Of a stretch of 64,000 nt of DNA, positions 53,736 through 64,000 are shown in pieces; within the stretch, counting starts at the first letter, position 1, and each line of letters starts with the position of its first letter. The DNA comes from Camelus ferus (taxonomy: Eukaryota). Below the pieces are notes generated by a model. That model ran no database searches. It was given only the letters and a program-made list of their open reading frames with translations, and was not told where the DNA came from. The stretch covers positions 30,444,001 through 30,508,000 of the forward strand of contig NC_045697.1 of assembly GCF_009834535.1 (NCBI RefSeq), in the 5' to 3' direction. The position numbers were made by a program, and so were the translations under genes.

Positions 53736-56700
53736 GAACCAGGTCTCAGTGGGAGGTAGGAAAAAAAAAAAAAAACAGATCTCAGGTCCTTGTTGTATGA
53801 GAAACTACCCACTTCTGAGATTTACTGTCTTTTTTCATTAAAAAGGAAAGGACAAAAAAAAAAGACCCCTCTTGAAATTTACTAGGTCTTCTGGCTGAAC
53901 TAGACACTATGCAATTTATTGTTTCCTTTTATTTACTAACTTTCACTTTAGTTTTACTTTATCTCAAAATACGAATAGCCAAGCCTACTTGAACCCATTT
54001 TGCCATTGAAGTTTGTTGCAGACCAGAAAGTCACATGAGGAACTTGAAGGACAAGGCATTAGTTGGAACAGGAAACACAGAACATTACAGCAGCCTGGAA
54101 TACTTTTGGTGATGATGCATGGGATTGAAATGATGTGAAAGGGAAATAATTTAACCATGTAAAGTGAACAAAAGAGAATTCCATGATAATGACCCTAGTC
54201 CTTAGTTTTCAGGAAAAGAAAATGGTGGGCATCAAAATAAGGTCACCTTGCTACATATGGCATTGAATCCATCAATCCACTTGGGTTTGACAGCCTGGTT
54301 TGATTCTCTGCTGGAGCATGAGTTAGTTTTTATCACAACAGCCCTTCTGCTTCTCTTAGGTAAAAAGATAAGCCCGTTTGATGATATACCATAAGATATA
54401 TCCAGGTAAGAGCTATTATAGGGAAAAAGCATTTTCACCAATTGGCGACTCAGTTTGGAGTTTCCAGGTTAAAATAGTTGCATTTGCTGGAGAAAAGAAG
54501 GAGAGGCAGGTTATTGTAATTGTTTTTTCTAATATTTCCTACCAAGCCACTGCTTTGGGATAATAACAAAATGATTTCACTGTGGAAAAAAATGCAGAGG
54601 GGAAAAGAAAACTGGGGCTGTTGATTGGCTAATAATGAACATAAAGGACTTCATGCTTGTTGAATGGCAGATGGAAATCCAGTGTGTATTCATGCAGATC
54701 TTATGGGAGTGGTATTGGATTGGACCACAAATTAGTGCTGGCATTAATGAGATGGAAACTATAAAATACAGAGAGTTCCAATAACCATGATCTCTGATAA
54801 GGCCCGATTGAAAGCACCCAGACCTTTCAGACAAGTTCTGTGTGAGAGCAGAGCAATAAACAACAAAGAGACATTCAAAATGGGGGAAAACTGGGGATTT
54901 TTTAAGGGACTGAAGTGGTGTTAGAATGCTTGGTTAAAAGGATGGAGTGACAAACATAGCCCTGCCTAGAGTAATGACTTTTAGAAACAGACGCTGTTTA
55001 AATGCTATGCAAATGATCTGCGAGAAAGATGATGCCCCTTCATCGTAGGGAAGTTGGTCTAAATCAGGAACTGCTCTGTGATACTACCACCACTGCTACT
55101 ACTAATACTGATGCACCTTTTATGTAATATATATTGTGATTTAGTGTTTACCACACCCTCAACATTTGTTACCTGTTTAATTCTCACAATATTTTCACAT
55201 TGTAGTTGAATCCAAGTCTGTGCACTCAGTTAGCGTTTGAATTCTATGACTGCAGGAACTGGGTCTTTCTCATTTTATGAAACTCATCCTCTTTCCATTT
55301 AATTGTTCATGGATAATGAACAATTATCCTAGATAATTTGTTTCAAAGAACTCTGCCAGTGGAACAGCTCTCTTTCCCAGCATTTTTGGGATTATATGGC
55401 ATATAGAACAAATACTGTTATGGCAAAATTGTTACACGATTACATTAACTTGGTGAATGAACAGAAGATACCACGTACATTAATACGGGTGGACTGAATT
55501 TGCACACGGAATTCTTGGATGACCTCGGTCTGCAAAATTCATGCACTGTCACTGTATTCTGTGTCCCAAGTAGGCTAATAAGGTTTTAGCTAACAAGGTC
55601 TTGGCGAACATGTGTGCATCTGTATTCAACCTCCTGGAGCCCTAAAACTACATCAGTAAGTTTTCAGGAATTCTTCTCTGTTTTGTTTCAGGTGAACAGA
55701 TGGTACCTCATCTGTTGGTGCCACCCATGCTTATTTGTTGCTCAGTCTCCACTCTTTTATTTCCTGTCCCTCTAGGGAAGCCCTGGGTCATGAAGTAGCT
55801 ATTGTCTGTCTAGCATGGTTTTTGTTCAAGGCACATATAGTGATTGCTGTACTGCTATGGGGGACAAGATTGGGTGGGAGAGTTTATTTTCTTTTCCTAA
55901 TAGTCACCATCTTGGTTTTGTTCTTGCACATCATTTCCCCATATAGCTTGAGAGTAACTTCAGCACCTGTAGGTGCTTCCAGGGTCTCTCTGGGTACACT
56001 GTCCTTTAACCTGCCTTTTTGTAGTCTGCCTTTTCTACTAAAGTTTGATATATTTGTGTCCATCACTGAGCCTGACATAGAATGTATGTTTATTTAGTAA
56101 ATGTTGAAATAAATGGAACTACCACCCTGTGAGAGAGAGGCCGTTCCATATTCTTTGGAACAATTAAATTAAGAGAAGTTATATCTACAACCTCAGATTA
56201 AAAATTTACAGCTGAGAAGACCCTTAGAAATTAACTAAGCCTCCCCACCTCATCACCACTGTTTGTACTGATAAGAAAGCTAAATAGGGAATCTGTTTTC
56301 CCAGTATCTAGTAGTCAGGGGGTGGTTTAGTAAAGTCTAGAACCCTCAGCCATGGTCAGCGTCTTCTGTCTCCCCACACGTATTCCTCAAGGGGAAAGGC
56401 AGTGGATGTAGAGATGCTTCTGTGTACATCATATCAATCTTATTTCAACATCTTTCTGCCAGGCACGGCATGCCGCTGCCTTTTTATTTACATTCCTGGA
56501 TGACTGCTTGTCTTTCCATACTGAGAATTTAAGAAATGTCAAGGAGGGCGAGGCCAGAAGCCTTCCTGAGCTGGCTGGTACAGGATCATGGAATCTAAAG
56601 GTCAGAAGAGGTTTTACAGTTTCCACAGGCCAGTCATGCTCTGAAGTTTGAATCTCCACCCATGATGTTCTGACAAGTGGTTAGGCAGACTCTGCTGGAG

Positions 56701-57139
56701 TATCCACGGCCTCTCTTTGGGCAGAGCTGACTCTCAAGATCTGACTGAAATCCATCTTCCTGGAGCCTTCACTAGGGGTCCAAGTTCACCCCTCTGGGGA
56801 CACTCTGAAAAACTGAGTTTTCGTCCCCGATGACTGTTCTTCCAATTTGGTTTTCCATGGTGTTTCTCCTACATTAACATCTGTTTTCTACCAATGTTCC
56901 CCAAAGTTTTGAACTCCAAGGGAGATATGGAAAATACTATTTGCATGGCACCCTGGGGTGGACGCGAAGTGAATTAGGGATGTCTGGGGATTAGTGAAAA
57001 ATTGATTACATTTTTCTTTGTAGTAGTGTATAATTATGACATGAAAATAAAATATAAAATATTAGGGAGGATATTAAATATTGACTTGGTATAAAGCTTC
57101 CAAGTAAAATCGTTTATAAAGCTTGATAGTGAAACTTAG

Positions 57140-57480
57140 CTTGATTCCATGAATATAACCTTTAATATCAGGTTTTACATTTGCAGTGGCTACATGTAAT
57201 TCCTGATCAAGACTTGTTAATGATAGTTTCTTCAAATTCTTGATACTCATGATGGACAAGGAGCTGTGATTAAAAATTTAATACCATTTTTTACAACATT
57301 CAAAAATGTGTAATAGTTGAAGTTATAGTTAAAGACTCTAACAGCTCTTTCTTTACTTTCATTAACAAATATAATATTAAAATTTCTAATGCTGGTGAGA
57401 AAGGGTTTCTAATCCAGTCAAAGTTTCTCATATTAAGTATTTCAAAATATACCGAAGCTGTATTTTGCAGAATGCATGTG
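57140..57480 (-). mobile_element. Fossil hAT (Charlie/Buster-type) transposase C-terminal coding remnant
   Basis: Hand translation gives LQNTASVYFEILNMRNFDWIRNPFSPA...KKELLE and, further on, SIKNLKKLSLTSLDQELHVATANVKPDIK. WIRNPF and the LRxAxxxxxPxI-like tail are features of this family. Confidence 0.7.
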
Positions 57481-58039
57481 TGTTGTTAGAGCACCCACCA
57501 GGTGGTACGGATGCCTCCTGGGGAGGCACAGGGAGGAAAGTGGTTGTTATGTGTGAAGGAAGGCTCTGGGCAGCACCACAACGACATCCCCTGGAGCCCC
57601 TGCCAGCCCCCGCCCCCACCCGCTGCCTCCAGCTGGCAGCACTTAGGGTAGCACACCGTGCTCTTTGGGCATCTGGAATATGAACTACGTCAGCAGCAGC
57701 TCCTCGGCCTCACTGTCAGCATAGGCAGCAGTGTGCTCTGCCTCTGGTTGACAAGGTAGATGTCGCAGGTGTACAGAATCTTCTTGCCTGTGCTCAGTAT
57801 TTCCGGGCTGAGAGTGAGTGCCAGGAGTCACTTTTTGTGCTTTCCCCGGGGGGACCATGAAAGGCATCCTCAGGCCCACTGTTGGGCAATGTAGAGCCCC
57901 TATCAGGGCTGTCTTGGCCACAAATGGCTAGCTTGGGGTCTTCAGCTGTCCCAAGTCCTGCTCAAGGGCTGATCATTCACTTCCAGACACAGCTTTAAAC
58001 CATTTGGAGCACACCAGGATGCCAAGGCACACAGATTGG

Positions 58040-58270
58040 GAAGATACGCTTTCAGCCATTGTTTCCATGATGTGGATTCAAGTTCTTTCGTCATCATGGC
58101 CTCTCTCCGATGGTCATGTCGGGTTGATTTCCATCCTTTTCACAGCATGGTGCCCAGACCTACACCCCAGGCGCAGTCTAATCAGCAAAGGAGACACCCG
58201 GGACCTTCACCTCTCTAGACAGAGATACTGTACTTCTATGACAACATTTCTGGTGTCTACATCATGCTGT
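58040..58270 (-). mobile_element. CR1/L3 LINE fragment
   Basis: Minus strand atagaagtacagtatc...gaggtgaaggtccc...gctgattagactgcgcctgggg...tctgggcaccatg resembles the L3 ORF2 3' region. Confidence 0.55.
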
Positions 58271-58699
58271 TGACTCGTATGATACTTCTTGTATATTTTA
58301 GCTGTTAAGTGGGTAAACTTGCTTGCAAACTAAGCCTGACCAGAAATGACTGGGCCAGTGATTATTGTGTGAGCCGAAGGAAGAAACCATGGTTGAATAC
58401 AGGGAGACCAGCTGCCTCTGAGGTAATAAAAAATAAAATTCTGCCACATGGATGGTAGCATCTGTCTCCTTGCCTTGGTGGATGACAGTGAGTACAGATA
58501 CCAGTTAGAAGAAGAGGAGGTGTATTACTCTTTGGGAACTTAAAGAACCTTCTGATACTCCATGCTGAGGAGCTTAACCTTGATTGTGTGGGCAACGGGG
58601 ACCATTATAAGTGTTTGACAAGGCAAGCAACCTGATCCAGTTGTGCATGGTTATTTTGCTTTGGGTTAAGATTCTTTCTTGCAAATTCTCTCCTCCTTT

Positions 58700-59180
58700 C
58701 TAAATAAACCAGTTATACCAAAGTATGTATAAAGAAAACTGCACCAGTGTACACCTTAATGAATTATTACAAAATGAACACACAAGTCAACAAGTAGAGC
58801 CTTACCAGGATCTAGAAGATTTCTTACTTCACCTTCCCAGCCAGTTCCTCCTCCTCCCAGTCCAGAGGTAAACCACTCTCCTGACTTCTAATGCACAGAT
58901 TAGTTTTGCCTGTTTTAGATTTTATAAATGGAGTCATAGAATATACATTCTTTTGTGTCTAGCTTCTATTGTTTAAAATTATGTCTGTGACATCCATCTA
59001 TACTGTTGAATGTGGCTATACTTTGTTCTTTTTTATTGCTATGTATTTCATTGTGTGAATATACCACATTTCATTTATCATTCTATTGTGACTCGGATAT
59101 TTGGGTTGTTTCCAGTGTTTGGGTCTCACAAATACTGCTGCTAAGAGCATTTGTGTACACATCAGTGGCCCGTATGTATG
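58700..59180 (-). mobile_element. Old L1 (L1MC/ME-type) fragment
   Basis: aaccactctcctgacttcta...attagttttgcctgttttag...aatggagtcatagaatatacattcttttgtgtctagctt. Confidence 0.75.
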
Positions 59181-59959
59181 ATTTTACTATGCTCTGCTGC
59201 CGCTTGGAACTGCCGTGCTCTGGAGGAGAGCCTGGGTTGTCTTCTCCCTGGGCACAAAGACAAGTAGTGGGGGAGATTCTTCTCAAACCACTAACAAAGA
59301 CATTCTTCCCTACGTATATCCTGGAGTTGTCCTCTGTGAAATAACTACCTTGAATTTCTATTTTTGAAGGTCGTTTTGTTTCTGTTAAATCCAGATCCAT
59401 TCAAGGGAAGAAAGACTCAAAACTGGGTCTTAAGTCATGATGCAATTTCTTAAGGGGCAGCCTGTGGGCTTCCATGAAGTAAAGTTTGGGCTCAGTTGTT
59501 GACTTTGGAGATGCCTTCCTAGTCTGAGAATCTATAAGTTAATGAGATATTGTAAAGGACAGAGTAAGAACCCCGGCAACTTTATCATTTCCAAATCTGT
59601 CTTGGTGATCGTGTAAGCACCGCCATTTCATACTCTGTAGCACTGTATTCTATCTTGGTTAGTTATTTATGCCCATCTCTCTGACCAGATGGAGTCTCTT
59701 CAAGGATCCAGATGAAATCTTCATCTTCTTAGTTCCTAGCATGGTGCTTTGCACATGGTAGGTTCTTTTCTTGAATTCTTTCCTCAGGGTCACCACTGGT
59801 GTGCTGAAGAGAGGAGGTTGGAGATGGGCCCTGACAATACATCGAAACTTTGGAAGCATCTTCAAATATTCCAAATGTATTCCTCAGTGTTGACAATCCA
59901 GTTGAAGGATTTTGCCAGCATTCAGCACAAAGGGAGTTAAACTAATAAAAACCACATAG

Positions 59960-60200
59960 CTAATGCTAATGTAATTTTTCTATTGGCCAGGCACCATCCT
60001 ATGTTTTTTACATTTATTAATTCATCTAACCCTAATAACAATTTAGTAAGATGTTATCATCCCCATTTTCAGGTGAGGAAATTAAGGCTCAAACAGACTA
60101 AATAACTTTTCTAAAGTTAACCAACTAGAAGGGCAAAACCAGGGAGGAAACCCAGGCAGCCTCACTGCAGGACCCATATTATAACCACTACTCTACAGTG
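59960..60200. mobile_element. MIR SINE
   Basis: atccccattttcaggtgaggaaattaaggctc. Confidence 0.7.
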
Positions 60201-60778
60201 TTTCTACTAAGAAATGCACAGGAAAGAAATACTGGTTGATTAGTTCTCAGTGGGGATTATTCCCACCTTAAGTAACAGGACAATTGCCTATGTAAGTAGT
60301 TTTCTGGATAAGGCCACACATATTCCCAATGGAAGCCTTGCGTGGTAGTTGAATCCCCCGTGGCAGAGTGTTTGAGAGTACGGGTTCAGGAGACAGGGGC
60401 TGTGGATCTGAAGCCTCGCTCTGCCTCTTATTCCTTGCAACTCTTGCAATTTACGTGACCTCTCTGAGCCCTGACTTCCTTACCTGTAAACTAGGGATAG
60501 CCATTCTTACTTTTACAACATTTTTGAAAATGAAAAAAATGTATATAAAATACTTCACATGGCTGCAAAATAATAAACACTCAGTAAATGATAGTAACCG
60601 TAGCAGCGCTAGTAGTAGTAACAGTACTAGAAGTAGTGTCAGCTGTGGTGCCATGAAGTGTCTTTTCTATCTAGAAATACTTCTTTTTTGAAAAACTGTT
60701 CATCTCTAGCCCTTTACAATCAAACCTTTTCTCTCTTGGGTCATCTTGAAAGAAAATAGACTCATTTTTCTCCAGTAC

Positions 60779-61222
60779 TTTTTTTTTTATCATAATAAAA
60801 TGTACGTAACATAAAAGTTACCATTTTAATCATTTTTAAGCCTACAGTTGTCTGGCGTTAAATACATTCACAGTGGTATGGAACGATCACCACTGTCCAT
60901 CTCTAGAACAGTTTTCATCTTCCCAGACGGAAGGTCTGTACCACTTAGACAGTAACTTCCCAGTCCCGTTTGCCCCTGGCTCCTGTCAGCCACCATTTTG
61001 CTTTCTGCTTTTATGAATTTGATTGCTGCAGGTACTTTATATAGACACTGTGTGCTGTATTTGTACAGTGGAATATTATTCAGGCTTAAAAAGGAAGAAA
61101 ATCCTGATGTATGCTGCAACGTGGATGAACCTTGAAAGCATTATGCTAACTGAAATAAGTCAGTCACAAAAGGACAAATATTGTATGATTCCATTTATAT
61201 ACGATACCTGCAGTTGTCAAAT
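60779..61222. mobile_element. L1MB-type 3' end with an inverted 5' segment
   Basis: 60779-61042 is an antisense L1 terminus with poly-T. 61069-61222 is sense-orientation L1 (gtggaatattattcag...tggatgaaccttgaaagcattatgctaactgaaataagtcagtcacaaaaggacaaatattgtatgattcc). Confidence 0.8.
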
Positions 61223-62869
61223 GATTAGATGATGTTTGCAACGTGTTGGCTCTGTGCCTCCTCACTGTAAGAACATTGAACATGGTAGCTGTAAGGACAT
61301 CGAACATGGCAGCTGTCCCTGTTAGTAGGCGTTGCTTCAAACCCTCGTTCCCATTTACCTAGACAATGGCAATCATCTCCTGTTTTCCTGCATCCACTCT
61401 TGTCCCCATCAAATCTATCCCTTAAATTATTTCAGTCAGTATTAATTTTTCTCATAGCACACATCTTATCATCTCACTCCTTCTCAGAACACATTTAGTG
61501 TCTGCCTATTGCCTATTGTTTATGTTTCTAATCTCAGCACACGAAGTCCCCCAGGATCTGGCTCCCGGCTCAATCGAATCCGTCTTTGGCTGCTTCCCCA
61601 TTGAGCCCCATGTTCCTGAGCAAATGCCTTTTCTTCCCTGAACATACCACCCACTTGCACGAGTCTGTGGCTTTGCACACCCTCCTCCCTGTGTCGAAAA
61701 TGTGTTCTTACCTCCTTGTCCTCTGACCACAGCTCATCCTTCGAGACTCATCAGGTGACTTCTCCCCGTCATCTCCCTGACCCCATCTTTTCCAGGACAG
61801 TCGACCATCTTCTCATTTGTGCTACTGTAACTCACACGTTATCACAGGCAATTCAAGTCTCCAGTCAATAAGACAGAACCTGCTGTCAGCATTTGAATGT
61901 TTTTCCAGCATTGAAAATAACGTAAAATTTTAAGGTCTAGTCTTCACCGGGAATCCTGTCACAATACCATTTCCCCCCTAGATTGCTGTGTAATGTTTTT
62001 TTAAATGTCTGCCTGCTGACTAACATGAAACATGGGGAAAGGCCTGGGTCAGCCTTCTTTGCAGTGCCTGGCACGACACCTGATAGCAGGCATTTACTGA
62101 GCACCATCTGTGTGCAAAGCAGCGCTCCAGGGGCTGCGGGGATCATAAGGAACAAAATTCCTGCCCTCCCTGCGGGAAGCCTGTGCACTGCCCATCATTT
62201 TTCCAGTCTCTTTCCTACCCAAAGGCTGACATTACTCACTGAGTTTTCTGTGATTAGTAACATAAAAGGGGGAAAAATCATTCAGAGAGAAAATATGAAC
62301 TGTCAGATGAGAATGAAATTATAAGTGGTAAGAGGAGAATTAAATTAAGAGCAGTAAGCATCATGGATTTATAAAAACAAGTCATGTCAGACAAACTTAA
62401 TTGCTTTTCCTGATAGAATTACCAAATTAGAGGACGTTGGTGTACAATATCCTGAGAGCAGTTTCCTTCAATGGCCAGGTAATGAATATTATTTTTGAAG
62501 TTAGCAGAGCCCTTGGAAATAGTATCTTTTGAAATTGTACAAAATGAATTAAAATTGGCTTTGATGTGAGTCTGGTTCTCTGACTTGTTGACAGATTAAA
62601 GAGGAGAAAAGCTAAGGCAACTACAAACAATATGGCACTAAGCAGTAAAGACATTGCCTACAGGGGCCCGAGGATCTTTATTCAGAGGTGTTTATCCTGG
62701 TCATTATCAGGGTCAAAGTATGACTTTGTGACATTAAAAAGACAATGCGAGAAAATCACAGTACTTCGGGGAAATCATTGCATGGAGCCCAGGAATGAGA
62801 CGGTTCTATGTTTCACCATAATGGTGTCATCCTTAGAGTGATGCCCAATATTCTGTGTGGTGCTTTAAA

Positions 62870-63033
62870 GCCTTGCTACTCACAGTGTGGTATGCAGGTA
62901 GCAGGAGCCTGGGGGAGCATCTGGGAGCTTGTGAGAAATGCAGACTCTCAACCCCCACCCCAGGGAATCTGAATCTGCATTTTAACAGTTCCCCAGGTGA
63001 TTCATATGCACTTTAAGCTTTGAGGAGCACTGC
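62870..63033. mobile_element. MER5A-like hAT-Charlie MITE
   Basis: tgctactcacagtgtggt...ctgggagcttgtgagaaatgcagactctc...ctgcattttaacagttccccaggtgattcatatgcactttaagctttgaggagcactg. Confidence 0.85.
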
Positions 63034-63319
63034 TGGGTTTATTTCATATTATGCTGTATGACTTGATTTTTAGATCCTTCCCAGAGGTACGAGACATTGG
63101 TTTGATCTGATTAACCATGATTAAGCCCCAGCCTCAGTAATTCCATTATTTGCCCTTTTTACTTTCCTTAAAAATCAAACGTATGAAGCTGATGAGGTCG
63201 CATCCTTGGGGACGTTTGTGCACCTCAGTGGGTCGCACTGTCCTCCTTTGTAAAGAGGAACTAGTAACTGATGCCTCCTCACTGTGTGTGATGTGCCACA
63301 CCTACACTTCACCTACTCG

Positions 63320-63470
63320 CATCCTTTCACGTCACTGAGAAATATATTCTTATTCCCGTTTCATAGATGCGGACACTGATGCTTGGAGTGTTAATATATT
63401 TGGCCTAAACTCGTATTTTTAGTAAATGGCAGAACCAGGATTTAAACCTAGATTCTGTCCGACTCTTTGC
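63320..63470. mobile_element. MIR SINE
   Basis: tattcccgtttcatagatgcggacactgatgct...agtaaatggcagaaccaggatttaaacctag. Confidence 0.7.
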
Positions 63471-64000
63471 TGTCTCATACCTGGTTGTGACAGGGCTCGA
63501 ATACAGCAATATGTGAAGGGAGTTTCAGAAGCTGGGACCAAGAAGGGGCTTCAGTTAAGAAGTATTTATTGAGCACATGTGATGTAGGAACTTCCGAGAG
63601 TATTCATTCGAGACAAAACAGACCCAGGCGCCCTGCTTTTGTGAAGTTAATAGCAGAGATGGGAAAGTGTTTGTGTGTTGAAGTGAGGCGAGCATGGGGA
63701 TATGACTTCCAGACTTGTACCATTTGTTAGGAGAATGCATATATCTAGGACGTTGGAAAATTGCTCTAAATCTAAGGTCAGTTGGATGACAGGTGACTAT
63801 GTGAGTATGAAAACCTAAATTAAAATATGTAACATACTATTGAGCTACTAATGACAAACTTTTAGCCAAACATTTTGCCTTTTTAGAATTTATTCCAACC
63901 TTATTAAAAACTTCATTGGGCCCTTAGAGAATTCTGTTATTCAGTGTATGCTGATGGGAGCTTTGGAAGGGAATGGTGAAGGAGGAGGCTAAACCATCTT

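Noticed and set aside
22000..64000. Remaining 60-160 aa ORFs
   Set aside because: Many start at non-ATG codons, most overlap repeats, and none shows recognisable homology or a coherent exon chain.

Overview
Mammalian genomic DNA, most likely camelid (two tRNA-Ala-derived SINEs resemble Vic-1). It holds the 5' part of BEND4 on the minus strand: three coding exons at 21094-20611, 13507-12941 and 2733-2642, all with GT/AG borders and matching phases. The BEN-domain exons lie beyond the left edge of the window. A CpG-island promoter covers about 19.6-21.8 kb. The ~42 kb upstream (22-64 kb) has no recognisable protein-coding gene and is mostly old interspersed repeats (L2, MIR, L1, MaLR/ERVL LTRs, Tigger and hAT DNA transposons, CR1/L3). 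The best leads are: (1) a 10-copy ~25-bp minisatellite that grew inside a Tigger MITE and forms a dense YY1-type (GCAGCCATTTT) array ~5 kb upstream of BEND4; (2) an upstream out-of-frame ATG opening a predicted 237-aa ORF that overlaps the whole first coding exon; (3) an open in-frame leader with CTG/GTG codons in strong context; (4) a perfect PBX-PREP/MEIS decamer next to a CCAAT box. These are hypotheses; I cannot show a new biological system from sequence alone. Repeat family names and borders were called by eye and are approximate.
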